A stretch of 64,000 bases of DNA from an uncultured Verrucomicrobiae bacterium (GCA_963764165.1 CAVXRD010000001.1:1056001-1120000), one strand, 5' to 3'; positions 1 to 10,229 are shown, numbered from the stretch's first letter. Numbers and translations are program-made. The notes: a model not told the origin generated them from the letters alone.

Positions 1-949
1 CAGCGAGCGCCGGCGATTTCTTTCGCCCCGCGAACACGAGGCATGTGGTTCCGGCCAGAAACGCGGCGCATGACGCCACTCGGGCGATTGGGATTCCGTG
101 GACGGGGAACGGATACGGGTTGGCCAGATGATATGGGAAAAATGTTTGCCTCACGTAAATCGCATAAGAAACAATCCCGCTCTCAAGACGCAGCGAGAGC
201 GGGTAAAGATTCGCCCCTTCCACCTTTTCCGAAACCAACGCGGTCGCGATGCATGAGCCGGCCGAAAGCAGAAAAAGCGGAATCTTCTCCGTCACAACTT
301 TCCGCCCAAGCCGCCACCGCTGGAGCGGCCACCAGTCGAGCAGCAGCAGCACGAACGGCAGCGTGACAATCATATTTTTCGACAGCAGCCCCAGCGCGAA
401 GACCGCCAGCATGAAAACGTATCGCCCCGCCGATGGCTGCCGGATGTGGCGAACATAGGCCCAAAGAGTCAAAACGAAAAACAGGCCGCTCAAGACGTCC
501 TTGCGCTCGGAAATCCAGGCAACGGATTCCACCCGCAGCGGATGAAACGCAAACAGCGCCGCCACGATGGCGCTTCGCCAGACAAAACCCGTCATCGTTC
601 GGAAAAGCAGAAACAGGAGCACGGTGGTGGCGGCATGGAGCGTCACATTTACGAGATGCGGCCCTCCGGCGGCGGTGCCGAAAAATTGGCAGTCAACCAT
701 ATGGCTGATCCATGTCAGCGGATGCCAGTGGCCGATTTCGCCATACGTGAAAGCCCATTTTATTCCCTCCCAGGTGATTCCCTTTTGCACAACTGCATTC
801 TCGTAGACGTATTTATTGTCGTCGTAATTGACGAATAAAAACTTTCCCGTCTGGCTGTAGATTGCAAAGACGCCGAGCGCCAAAAAGAAACAAATCGCGA
901 CGACGGTGGAACTCTGAGAATCGTCGGTTGGTGGTTTTCTTGGAGCCAT
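1..949 (-). CDS. TMTC-like GT-C membrane glycosyltransferase, N-terminal part; runs off the left edge
   Basis: Hand translation from ATG 949: MAPRKPP...FVNYDDNKYV...HWHPLTWISH...FHPLRVESVAWISERKDVL...LLSKNMIVTLPFVLLLLDWWPL; no stop inside the window, so absent from the ORF track. Confidence 0.85.
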   Translation of the reverse strand, partial: MAPRKPPTDDSQSSTVVAICFFLALGVFAIYSQTGKFLFVNYDDNKYVYENAVVQKGITWEGIKWAFTYGEIGHWHPLTWISHMVDCQFFGTAAGGPHLVNVTLHAATTVLLFLLFRTMTGFVWRSAIVAALFAFHPLRVESVAWISERKDVLSGLFFVLTLWAYVRHIRQPSAGRYVFMLAVFALGLLSKNMIVTLPFVLLLLDWWPLQRWRLGRKVVTEKIPLFLLSAGSCIATALVSEKVEGANLYPLSLRLESGIVSYAIYVRQTFFPYHLANPYPFPVHGIPIARVASCAAFLAGTTCLVFAGRKKSPALA

Positions 950-982
950 GAAGAATTATATGGGGCTCGACGGAGTCTCGCC

Positions 983-2071
983 CTACCGGGATTTTTGAGG
1001 TGGATTTTCTCGGTAGACGAATGGCGCGCGGGCGCTGGCTTGGGCAGACTCAACGAAGGCCGTCAGCTTGGAACGGTAAGGCGACAAACCGCACGCAGGG
1101 TCGGTTGCCGCGGCATCGCCTGTCAACAACGCAGCCTGGCAGCGGCAGCCGCCAAAATCCACTTCGCGCATGTCGCATTTTGAGCACGGTTCCGGCATCC
1201 AATCCGTTCCGCGAAACCGATTGAAGGCGGGCGATTCATTCCAAATCCATTGCAGCGAATGATCGCGGACATTGTCGAATTTCAGTTCTTTGATTTCCCC
1301 TGCGGTCGGGCACGGCAGGACATCACCCACGGGATTGACAGTGAGATACCGGCTGCCCCAGCCGTTCATGCAAGGCTTCGGGCGGTCGCTGTAATAATCG
1401 GGCGCAACAAACAAAATTCGCATCCGCCCTTCCAAACGCTTCCGTTCGCGGGCCGTGACTTCCACAGCGGCGGCAATTTGCTCGCGCGTCGGCAGCAGCG
1501 CGCCGCGATTAAGAAATCCCCAGCCGTCGTACTGCACGTTGGCAAGTTCCAGCCGTTCGGCTTCCAGCGACTCCGCCAGGGCAATGATTTGCGGCAGGCG
1601 CTCGATGTTGCCGCGATGAATCACGACATTCACGGTAAGCGGAAATCCCGCCGCGCGCGCCATTCGGGCCGCCGCGATTTTTACCTTATGCAGAGAGGTT
1701 CCGGCGATTTCGTTGGCCAGTGTTTCCTCATCAGCTTGAAAACTGATTTGAACACTGTCCAAACCCGCGGATTTCAAACGTTCGAGGCGCGACTCGCTCA
1801 GTCCGGCGGCGCTGGTAATCAAATTTGTGTAAAGCCCGGCCTCGCGCGCCGCGGAAATTAGCTCCGCCAAGTCGGGCCGTTGCAATGGTTCGCCGCCTGA
1901 AATTCCCGCGTGCAGCGCGCCCAATTCCGCCGCTTCCCGGAAAACACGCTGCCACTCCGCCGTTTCGAGTTCGCGGCCATTCGGATATTTTGTTGGATTC
2001 GAGCAATAAGGGCAATGCAGCGGACAGCGGTGCGTCAGCTCGGCCAGCAATAGGAATGGTCGCGGCGTCAT
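983..2071 (-). CDS. pqqE: PQQ biosynthesis radical SAM/SPASM protein PqqE
   Basis: AELTHRCPLHCPYCSNP CxxxCxxC motif; PKPCMNGWG and DFGGCRCQA SPASM motifs. Confidence 0.97.
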   Translation of the reverse strand: MTPRPFLLLAELTHRCPLHCPYCSNPTKYPNGRELETAEWQRVFREAAELGALHAGISGGEPLQRPDLAELISAAREAGLYTNLITSAAGLSESRLERLKSAGLDSVQISFQADEETLANEIAGTSLHKVKIAAARMARAAGFPLTVNVVIHRGNIERLPQIIALAESLEAERLELANVQYDGWGFLNRGALLPTREQIAAAVEVTARERKRLEGRMRILFVAPDYYSDRPKPCMNGWGSRYLTVNPVGDVLPCPTAGEIKELKFDNVRDHSLQWIWNESPAFNRFRGTDWMPEPCSKCDMREVDFGGCRCQAALLTGDAAATDPACGLSPYRSKLTAFVESAQASARAPFVYRENPPQKSR

Positions 2072-2072
2072 G

Positions 2073-2360
2073 TCAAAAAGAAATCAACATTTCTCCCCGC
2101 AGGTGCGACAAACATTCCACGATGTCCGAGGCAATGGCCTCCGCTTCGCAATCGTATTCCTCGCTCAGCGCTTCCGAGATTTCCGCGATGGTCGCCGCGC
2201 CGTCGCAGCGCGAAAGGATCTCGTGCGTCGATTCGTCCAGCGGCAGCACGCCTTCGGGATAGAGCAGCAGCGATTCGCCGGTCAGCGGATCGGGCCGCAT
2301 GCGGACGCCCCGTGCGAGTGCCGGACGCGAGCCGGACGTTATGGGTTCGAGCGGCGGCAT
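2073..2360 (-). CDS. pqqD: PqqD peptide chaperone (RRE)
   Basis: LLLYPEGVLPLDESTHEILSRCDG motif; likely start MPPLEP at 2360, inside the longer track ORF. Confidence 0.9.
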   Translation of the reverse strand: MPPLEPITSGSRPALARGVRMRPDPLTGESLLLYPEGVLPLDESTHEILSRCDGAATIAEISEALSEEYDCEAEAIASDIVECLSHLRGEMLISF

Positions 2361-3043
2361 GAAAGATCGATGGCGTCGAGCATCGCCCAGAGAAGGTCGC
2401 ATTTGAATTGCAAGGCGCGGAGGGCGGCCTCTTGCATTTCGCGCGAGGCGCAATATTTCAAGGTAAGCTCCAGGCCTTCGCGGGAATCGCGCGGGGCCTG
2501 TCCAAGGCGGTTGGCGAAATAATCGAGCCCTTCCGGCTTCACCCATTTGTAGTATTGACGGAAGGCAGCCAGCCGCGTCGCCATCAAATCCGGCGCGAAA
2601 AGTTCCGTCAGCGATGAAGCGACGGCGATGGGCCAGGGTTCGCGCCGCGTGAAGTTGACATAGGCATCCACCGCAAATCGAACGCCCGGGACGACAAGTT
2701 CCTGCGCGATCATCTTCTCGCGGCCAAGCCCGGCGGCCATTCCGAGCCTCAGCCACGCTTCAATGCCTCCCTCGTTGTCGCCGATTCCGTCGTGGTCTGT
2801 GATGCGATGAAGCCACAGGCGGCGCACTTCCCGATTTGGGCAGTTGGACAGGATCGCGGCGTCCTTGATCGGAATATTGACCTGGTAATAAAAGCGATTG
2901 GCAATCCATATTTTGATTTCGTCGCGGTTGAGTTTGCCCTCATTCATCCGCAGGTGGAACGGATGCTTGCTGTGATAAGACGAGCCGCCGATGGCGCGAA
3001 GTTTCGCCGCAAAGGCGGCTGGTTTCCAAGTGGTCTGGGTCAT
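2339..3043 (-). CDS. pqqC: PQQ synthase PqqC
   Basis: YHSKHPFH, NRFYYQVNIPIKDA, SSLTELFAP, FKCDLLWAMLDA. Confidence 0.97.
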   Translation of the reverse strand: MTQTTWKPAAFAAKLRAIGGSSYHSKHPFHLRMNEGKLNRDEIKIWIANRFYYQVNIPIKDAAILSNCPNREVRRLWLHRITDHDGIGDNEGGIEAWLRLGMAAGLGREKMIAQELVVPGVRFAVDAYVNFTRREPWPIAVASSLTELFAPDLMATRLAAFRQYYKWVKPEGLDYFANRLGQAPRDSREGLELTLKYCASREMQEAALRALQFKCDLLWAMLDAIDLSCRRSNP

Positions 3044-3951
3044 ATATCAAACATCATCCCGTCCGCGCCCACTGTCACGCCGGCGGCTTCGACCGTTTTT
3101 CTTTCCACCGAATTGGCATCAAAGATCGGATTTGTATTGTTGATGTGAATATAGACACGATGGCGCGCCGAAAGGCCACTTAAATAAGGCAGGGTGCCGT
3201 CGGAGATTGGCAAATGGGACATGCCGCGAGCAGTGGCCGCCTCGGGCTTGTAGTGCTGCAATTCGCCGTCGGACCAAAATGTGCCATCCACGAAAACGGC
3301 GTCGGACGACTCCGCCCCTCCGCGAAATTCCGCGGTTAATTCGCCCAGCCCGGGTGCGATAAGCGCTTTGCCGCCCGTGCGCGGATCGAGAAATTGATAG
3401 GCGACCGTGTGTGTTCCATGGGAAACCATGCCAGCATAGCGGGGCGCTTTGCCGGTGAGCGGAATGGCCCGAACTTGGAGATGGCTAAGTTTTCCGCCGA
3501 TTCCTTTAAGTGGGATGAATGGGGCAAATGGGTCTAATGGGATCTCCTGCCATTCGACACCGCCGAAGGCTCCCAAAACCTGGTCCACGCCCAGCATTGA
3601 GGCCGAGGCACGAATAGCCGGCGGCGCGTAGATTCGCATGGCACCCCCTTCGCGAAGTGAAATCAATCCGAGAACATGATCGACATCGGCGCTGGTCAGA
3701 AGAATCGCCGCGAGGGGCGTTTGACGGGGAGATTCTGACGCCGGCGCAAGGCATGAATAAGACCGCAACTGCGTTGCGATATCTGGCGATGCATTCACCA
3801 GAAACCAATTGCCAGCGCCATCACCAACAGCAATAGAAGACTGAGTCTGCGGCGATACCGCGCCCAAACGCGCCCGATAACAATTCGGGCAACTGCAATT
3901 CCACTGTGGCAGTCCACCGCCTGCGGCGACACCTAACAGCAGAACACGAAT
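3040..3951 (-). CDS. pqqB: PqqB metallo-beta-lactamase-fold hydroxylase; probable ATT start
   Basis: Conserved N-terminus RVLLLGVAAGGGLPQWNCSCPNC is in frame upstream of the track ORF; HINNTNP near the C-terminus; AGGAGG lies 6 nt before ATT at 3951. Confidence 0.9.
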   Translation of the reverse strand: MRVLLLGVAAGGGLPQWNCSCPNCYRARLGAVSPQTQSSIAVGDGAGNWFLVNASPDIATQLRSYSCLAPASESPRQTPLAAILLTSADVDHVLGLISLREGGAMRIYAPPAIRASASMLGVDQVLGAFGGVEWQEIPLDPFAPFIPLKGIGGKLSHLQVRAIPLTGKAPRYAGMVSHGTHTVAYQFLDPRTGGKALIAPGLGELTAEFRGGAESSDAVFVDGTFWSDGELQHYKPEAATARGMSHLPISDGTLPYLSGLSARHRVYIHINNTNPIFDANSVERKTVEAAGVTVGADGMMFDI

Positions 3952-3978
3952 AATGAGCCTCCTCTGGGGAAGCGGAAG

Positions 3979-4074
3979 TTATTCCGCCCCCACGTAAGCC
4001 GTGCATTCACAGCAAAGCTGAACCGCTTTGACTGAGGGCTTCTTCCATTGCTTGCGAGCTTTGATAGTTTTCAT
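3979..4074 (-). CDS. pqqA: PqqA precursor peptide, 31 aa: MKTIKARKQWKKPSVKAVQLCCECTAYVGAE
   Basis: WxKP leader and ExxxY core (ECTAY), directly upstream of pqqB; below the ORF-track length cutoff. Confidence 0.92.
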   Translation of the reverse strand: MKTIKARKQWKKPSVKAVQLCCECTAYVGAE

Positions 4075-4354
4075 AATAAATGCCTACGGAAAGAACTGTG
4101 GCAAATTCCACAGAAAAGTCAAGCCACTGATTATTGCGGCTTTGGCGCGGTGTGCTGGACAAAATTCTTCACGAAAAGAGCGGCAGCGCCATCCCGCCGC
4201 TGAACCAGCCCGTCAGAGGCGGGACGCCTTTGCCACTCTTAACGAGCACGGCGTCAAAAGAATTTTGTCCTTACCCTTTGGCGCGCGGGCATGCGACAGA
4301 ATTCTTCAGAAAACCTCCCGCGCTCTGAGGACGTGCGGCAATGAGTCTCGCCAA

Positions 4355-5011
4355 TCAGAGATCGTTGGCGTCATCGCTTTGTCCATTTCGCCTTCTTTGC
4401 GCGGCGAATTCATCGGCAAACGCTCTTAGCGTAATCGAAATTCGGCGCCCAGTATGGCGGGCTGAGGCAGGCACTTCATGAGTGAACCGCAAGTTGGTAT
4501 CCCAAGGCATCACAAACACAGTTCCGTGTCGCGCCGGAAAGTCTATCGGAAGCCCCTTCAACTTCGCAGGCCAGGGACGCAACCGGAACGTCCGCTCGTC
4601 TCCGAGGGAGATAGTCACAATCGGAGCGCCGGGAATAAGATTTTTTGTGCTGTCTCGATGGCGGCCAATGTAATGACCGAGCGTTCCGTCATACCAATTG
4701 AGCAACAGTCCATTTAACCGTCTGTCGATGGTCTCTTGTGACCAGGCGAGAAACGCATTCAGAAGGAGAGGTATTGATTCTCCACGATTGACCTGTCCAC
4801 TATATTGATAATCGACACCGTATGCTTGCTGCCATCGCGGCGTCTTTACCAGGCGTCCGTGCATTTTGATCTCGTGAAAATGGTTCGGGTGCAATTGCCA
4901 AATGATTTCAAAATCAACGGTTGCCTGAAGCCTCTCCGGCAATCGACCTATTCGAAAGTCGCTGACGTCGTCCAAGCGGCAACAATCGAATTGTTCAGAA
5001 GCCTCTTGCAT
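4355..5011 (-). CDS. AlkB-family 2OG-Fe(II) dioxygenase
   Basis: LLNWY, HRD, THEVP, RISITLR motifs. Confidence 0.9.
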   Translation of the reverse strand: MQEASEQFDCCRLDDVSDFRIGRLPERLQATVDFEIIWQLHPNHFHEIKMHGRLVKTPRWQQAYGVDYQYSGQVNRGESIPLLLNAFLAWSQETIDRRLNGLLLNWYDGTLGHYIGRHRDSTKNLIPGAPIVTISLGDERTFRLRPWPAKLKGLPIDFPARHGTVFVMPWDTNLRFTHEVPASARHTGRRISITLRAFADEFAAQRRRNGQSDDANDL

Positions 5012-5023
5012 TGCGGTATTAGT

Positions 5024-6811
5024 CTAGCCTGATATCGCTCGTCGGCGATATCCAATGGCGAGAATTAAAAGGGGGGCGAGGAAGGAAATCCCCAACACCG
5101 CCGAGAAAAACCATGGGCCTCTCATTAACGGAATAACATGGGACTCCAACCATTCTGCGGCGCGGAAGAACCATGTGGCAGTAATGAATTCGACGGAGGC
5201 AGGATTGTTCGCATTGCGTGCGATGGCTTGGCCGCCGACAGCGAAATGATGCGCGCACGCCAGGCCCCCTTTCGCCGCCTGCCATCCAAGCGCCGCGCCG
5301 CCAAAGGCCAGCCAGCCCACCGCGAGGCCGCCCATGGCCCACACACCCAGAGCCGCCCCGCCCCACGCGATGGGGCCAATGGCTAAACCACCCAGCGACG
5401 CCACGCCGATGGCGGCGCCTCCAACACTAACAACCCCCGCGCTTGCGCCACCGAGCGCCATGATCCCGAGACTCACTCCCCCGAGGGCCACTCCTCCCAC
5501 AGCCACATTGCCGCACGCGAACAAGATGCCATAGGCTCGATCACCGAACGCGAACCATCCCTTCGCCACCGGGCCCGCGGAGACCGAACACCCAGACATC
5601 GTGGCGCTCTTAACCAGGGATCCGTGACGGGAGCTGAACGCGATATCAATGAGCGGGAGTCCAAACAGGGACAGGCGACTGCGCCATTGGCGCCCTTCCC
5701 ATTGAGCGGCCCAACCGGATAAACGGCGCATGGCAGGAGGTTCAGGCAGTTGCGCGGTACCAGCCGCCAGTTCTTCAATTTGAATTCGCTGGAGAGTGTG
5801 CGCGACTCGAAGTGACCAGGCCAGCGTCAGCCCTACGTAGCTAAAAATCCATACGGCGAGTGAGATTCCATAAGCAGCCGGATGCCTGGCGGCAAGATGG
5901 AAACGCGAAGCCCCGAGCGCAGCCAAGCCGCCCAAAAACACGAGGGTCGTGAGGCCGAGAAAAATGAAACGCTTCAGCAGCATGTCGCGTTGCCGCTGGT
6001 AACGTGAAGTTTGCCAGCTTGCCCAGCCTCCAACGGCGCCGCCGAGAATCCCGCCCAGTCCGCCGAGAAGCCCTCCCCACGCACCCACTCCCAGCAATGT
6101 CTTGGCCACAGGCACGGCGATCTTGCCGCCGGCAACACCGAGGCTCGCGGCCTTTGCGGAAGAAACAGCAACCGCTGGCAACGCTGCCATCACCGCCAGG
6201 GTAAACGCCTTGCCTGGGGTCGTTCGCTCCAGCGTGACCTCGACAAATGCCATTACCTGCTCCTGCAACAACTTGCGCCCTCTCGACAAGCGCTGTCTCA
6301 CCAAATCTTCGCCGAGGTCCAAATCGCGCGCGACGCATTCAACGGACTTCTGTCGGCGATAAAAAAGAACCAGCGGTTCACGATAAATTTCGGGAATCTG
6401 CTCGATTGAGCGCCAGAGAATCGCCTCTTCTTCGCGCCTAATGGCCCCTTCGGAAGGCAGAGGTTCGGGCCCGGGTTTGTCATGCGCATTTTCCAATGGT
6501 TCCGCGGCATGACTCGGCTCGCGAACCTGGCGGCGAAAAACATCCTGAATGCGATGCCGGGCGATGCTGCACAGCCACGCGCGCAATTTGGCCGGTTCGC
6601 GCAGGTCCCGCAGCGTTCTCCAGGCGGCGAGAAAAGTTTCCTGCGCCAAATCTTCGCTTTGGCTGACACTGCCAGTTGCGTTATAAGCCAGCGAGCAAAC
6701 GAGCGATTGGTAACGCTCGACAATTTGTCCAAATGCTTCGCGGTCGCCAGCGACGCTCCGGGCGACAAGATCGACATCGGTGACTTCCGCGCCTGACATT
6801 GATTTATCCAT
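5024..6811 (-). CDS. ECF RNA polymerase sigma factor with long C-terminal transmembrane, Gly-rich extension
   Basis: GDREAFGQIVERY, EDLAQETFLAAW, VRQRLSRGRKLL; hydrophobic C-terminal half; start taken at MDKS. Confidence 0.88.
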   Translation of the reverse strand: MDKSMSGAEVTDVDLVARSVAGDREAFGQIVERYQSLVCSLAYNATGSVSQSEDLAQETFLAAWRTLRDLREPAKLRAWLCSIARHRIQDVFRRQVREPSHAAEPLENAHDKPGPEPLPSEGAIRREEEAILWRSIEQIPEIYREPLVLFYRRQKSVECVARDLDLGEDLVRQRLSRGRKLLQEQVMAFVEVTLERTTPGKAFTLAVMAALPAVAVSSAKAASLGVAGGKIAVPVAKTLLGVGAWGGLLGGLGGILGGAVGGWASWQTSRYQRQRDMLLKRFIFLGLTTLVFLGGLAALGASRFHLAARHPAAYGISLAVWIFSYVGLTLAWSLRVAHTLQRIQIEELAAGTAQLPEPPAMRRLSGWAAQWEGRQWRSRLSLFGLPLIDIAFSSRHGSLVKSATMSGCSVSAGPVAKGWFAFGDRAYGILFACGNVAVGGVALGGVSLGIMALGGASAGVVSVGGAAIGVASLGGLAIGPIAWGGAALGVWAMGGLAVGWLAFGGAALGWQAAKGGLACAHHFAVGGQAIARNANNPASVEFITATWFFRAAEWLESHVIPLMRGPWFFSAVLGISFLAPLLILAIGYRRRAISG

Positions 6812-6921
6812 TATCATATGTGCAGTAGGCGCAAACGGTCGGAAAAGGTGACAGGAATTTTGGCATTGAGCGCGGCAAAGCCCAGTTGTTGATGCGGAGT
6901 CGATGTGTTCCCGCACGTCCG

Positions 6922-9900
6922 CTACGGACAGCGGATAATATAAAAGCACTGGTTCTCGGTCGCTGGCGAGTCAATGAACCGAAGAATACCAGGTGAACTG
7001 CCGGAGACCGTTCCTCGCACGGTCCATTGAGGCATGGGCAACGATAAATTTGTGGAGGCAAGAATGGTGAATGGCAGAGGATTAGCGTTGTTGTTGGTAA
7101 AATCGACCTCAAACGCCCCGTTCGCGTGGACGGTGGAATTGATAAATAGAGGAGGGATCACCTCCGTGACTTGTGAAACGGGGACTGATACCCCAAGAAG
7201 CGAGATGTGCGCGGTGCGATTGGAGGTCGTGGCGGAAAAACGGAAGCTGACAACGCCGTTCGTGACTCCGGTAAGGGATAACCAAGCTTGGTCGCTGGTT
7301 GGCGCAAACGGAGCGGATAGGTTTTCGTTGAGCGGGATAACGGGCGGCAGCGCGCCAGCGCCAGCAGCCGCTCCTTCGTATATGGGTGTCATGTCGACGA
7401 ATGCCCGAGGCGCCTCGAAAATCGTCTGGCTTGTGGCGGAGCCGTAATAGATGTTTCCCAAAGCGTCCACTGACACTCCGAATGGATGCCCCGCGTTGGC
7501 AATCACGGTCGTTACAGCATTATCAGCCGCAGTCCAAATCTTGATCGAGTTATTTCCTGTATCAGCAAGATAAACATTGCCTGCGCCATCAACGGCCAAT
7601 CCAGACGGGGAATTCAAGTTTGATCCGGTGATCGCCGCCGCGTCGCTCCTTATGGGAACATTATTGGTGGCGACATTTACGGCAAGGCAGTTGTTTGCGT
7701 CATCCGAATAGTAGACGTCGCCCGCAACATCAACTGCAAGGCCGCCCGCAACAACGCCAAAAAGCAGATTGCTGAAGTTAGTGGCCGCATCAAGCTCGGC
7801 AATGAGACAAGTGCCCGCGCTCGTGGCTTCCGCATAGTAGACATCGCCGAGAGAATTTACTGCTATCGCGGCAGGGGTCAGTGAACCAGTTGAAGCGAGC
7901 GTGATGAGCTGATTGCTGGACCATTCTTCGACGGCTTGGTTGACAATGTCCGCGATGTAGACATTTCCGGCCCCATCGGTTGCCAGCGCCCCCGGGAAAC
8001 CCAAGCCGGAGGATTCGCCCGCGACAAGAGTGACCGTATTGTTGACTGCCAGCCATTCACAAAGATTTCCTTGCTCGCCATAATTGGAAATCCAAATGTT
8101 CCCACACTTGTCCACCGCGAAGCCGTAGGGATACTGCAATCCTGAAACAATGGCCACGGCCGGAGTCTGAGACGGGACATATGAAGACGCGGCTTGGGTG
8201 ACCGTCAGCACTTGGCCGGCAATGCAAATGGTCCCAGTGCGGGTCGGACCCGAATTGGTGTCGAATGAATAGCCGATCACCGAATTGCCAATGCCGCTGG
8301 CAGCACCCGCGGTCAAATGCAGCCACGGCGCATTGGCGGTTGCGTTCCAAGTGCCACTTGTCGCCAGCATAACTGAGCTGGCGCCAGGGGCTGGTCCTTG
8401 GTAAGAATTCGTGGCGCTCAGCGCAGTCCCCGTCTGAACGACGACAAAACTCTGCCCGTTAATTGTCACGACGGCGCTCCGTGGCGGGCCGCTATTGGAC
8501 TGAAAAGCAAAAGCCACCGGAGAACTGCCCGAGCCGCTGTTATTCGCAAAGGAGAGCCAGGGCGCGTTGCATGACACGGACCAGGATGGATCCACACTTG
8601 GGCTGACGATGAAAAATACGCTATCGCCACCCGCTTCCGCCGGTTCGGACAGTGTGGTCACATTTACAAAATAGTCCGCCTGAGAAACGGGGACAGCCAG
8701 TCCAAGCACGAAGATATTGCCAGTGCGATTTGAAGTGGAGGAAGAGAACGAATAACTGATGACGCCGTTGGACACGCTTGAAACGGCCAGCCAAGGCTGA
8801 TCGGCCCCCGGAGCAAACGGCGCCACCAAATCGGCATTGGTCGGCAAAATTGGCGGAAGCGTGGCACCCCCTGCGGTGATGGGTTCCGTGATCGGGGCCA
8901 TATTTGCAAAAGCGCGGGGAATCTCCACAACTCCTCCGATCGGATAGCCAAGCACGCCGTACGATTCCGGTGTGGCAAAAATATTTCCCGCGCCATCCAC
9001 CGAAGGTTTGCCACTGTAAATTACCGAATTAAAGGCGTTGGCGGTTGATGAGGAAGAATTCACAAGTGTGATTGCGCCCGTCGCAGCAGACCATTCGCTG
9101 ATGTCAATAACATGAAAAGTGCCGAACTCGGTCCAGCCCTGGGTCATCGGGTAAACATTGCCGCGCCCGTCGACCGCCAAACCAGTCAGCAAAAGGCCCG
9201 AAGACGGCATCGAAAACAACGGCGCCATCACCCCGCTGGAAGGCGACCACTTGAAAACCGCGTTCAGCCCGGCGTCGGCCAGGTAAAGATTCCCCGCAAC
9301 GTCGGCAGCAATGCCGACAAGATCGGTCAGGCCCGGCGAATTTACCGCCGTCAGCGCGTTGCTCTCGGCGTTCCACTCCTCGACGCTATTCCCGGAGGAG
9401 ACAAAGACATTTCCGGCGCCGTCAACAGTCAAATCGGTTGGCGTTCCAATCCCCGATTCAAATAACAAGGTCGGCGAAGAGTCACCCTGGTTCCATTTGT
9501 TGACAACGATCGCATCCGCCTGATCCCACTCCTGCGAAGTAAAATAGAGAGTGTTGGATGGGCCGATGGCAAAAGCCAGCGGACCCCAGACTTCAAAAAG
9601 GTAGGCGGGCGAATTTGTGGCGGATTCATTGTTCATGACGCTAATCTCCGCGCCATCGTTGATATAGAGATTGCCGTTGCCGGCCGACACCACCTCGGCG
9701 ATGCCACCAAGCGAACCGGAAACTCCCCAACAAAGCTGAATGGGATGGCTGGGCGCCCGAACGTAGTTTTTGCCACCCTGTGTGACGACCACGGTAAGAT
9801 CGTCAATCGTCAACGTTCCGACGCGAGTGTCTCCAGGGTTGTCATCGAAAGCAAACACCACATTGCCGCTGCCAGTGCCAGCAACGTTGGTTGTGGAAAT

Positions 9901-10182
9901 ATGCAGCCACGACGCATTGGCACTGGCCGTCCATGACGGCGAGTCGGACGCGACCACCAGCACCACGCTGTCGCTTCCAGCGGCTGGCCCCTCCACGACA
10001 TTGGTTACTCCCAAGAATTGAGCCTGCAAAAACAGCGGGAAGCCAAGTATGAAAAGCGCAGCACATAGCCAGCGCGCCAGCCTGGACCCATTGTCGGGCG
10101 CGCGACGATTTCCCGACAAATCTGCTCTGAGATTTAAAAATTGGGACCGCCGCTCCGTTGACTGCTCTTGAAAAATTATCAT
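6922..10182 (-). CDS. Secreted/surface protein with BACON domains, NHL-type beta-propeller repeats and a C-terminal verrucomicrobial-type tail
   Basis: WTASANASWL / WNATANAPWL BACON motifs; repeated AVDGAGNVY; tail ASTNL...W...FYIIRCP; start uncertain. Confidence 0.8.
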   Translation of the reverse strand: MIIFQEQSTERRSQFLNLRADLSGNRRAPDNGSRLARWLCAALFILGFPLFLQAQFLGVTNVVEGPAAGSDSVVLVVASDSPSWTASANASWLHISTTNVAGTGSGNVVFAFDDNPGDTRVGTLTIDDLTVVVTQGGKNYVRAPSHPIQLCWGVSGSLGGIAEVVSAGNGNLYINDGAEISVMNNESATNSPAYLFEVWGPLAFAIGPSNTLYFTSQEWDQADAIVVNKWNQGDSSPTLLFESGIGTPTDLTVDGAGNVFVSSGNSVEEWNAESNALTAVNSPGLTDLVGIAADVAGNLYLADAGLNAVFKWSPSSGVMAPLFSMPSSGLLLTGLAVDGRGNVYPMTQGWTEFGTFHVIDISEWSAATGAITLVNSSSSTANAFNSVIYSGKPSVDGAGNIFATPESYGVLGYPIGGVVEIPRAFANMAPITEPITAGGATLPPILPTNADLVAPFAPGADQPWLAVSSVSNGVISYSFSSSTSNRTGNIFVLGLAVPVSQADYFVNVTTLSEPAEAGGDSVFFIVSPSVDPSWSVSCNAPWLSFANNSGSGSSPVAFAFQSNSGPPRSAVVTINGQSFVVVQTGTALSATNSYQGPAPGASSVMLATSGTWNATANAPWLHLTAGAASGIGNSVIGYSFDTNSGPTRTGTICIAGQVLTVTQAASSYVPSQTPAVAIVSGLQYPYGFAVDKCGNIWISNYGEQGNLCEWLAVNNTVTLVAGESSGLGFPGALATDGAGNVYIADIVNQAVEEWSSNQLITLASTGSLTPAAIAVNSLGDVYYAEATSAGTCLIAELDAATNFSNLLFGVVAGGLAVDVAGDVYYSDDANNCLAVNVATNNVPIRSDAAAITGSNLNSPSGLAVDGAGNVYLADTGNNSIKIWTAADNAVTTVIANAGHPFGVSVDALGNIYYGSATSQTIFEAPRAFVDMTPIYEGAAAGAGALPPVIPLNENLSAPFAPTSDQAWLSLTGVTNGVVSFRFSATTSNRTAHISLLGVSVPVSQVTEVIPPLFINSTVHANGAFEVDFTNNNANPLPFTILASTNLSLPMPQWTVRGTVSGSSPGILRFIDSPATENQCFYIIRCP

Positions 10183-10229
10183 CGGAAAAGCCACTTTGGC
10201 GCGGCTTGCTTCAAATATTAAGTTGCCTA

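Noticed and set aside
446..838. Plus-strand ORFs at 43-838
   Set aside because: Antisense to the TMTC-like gene that runs off the window edge
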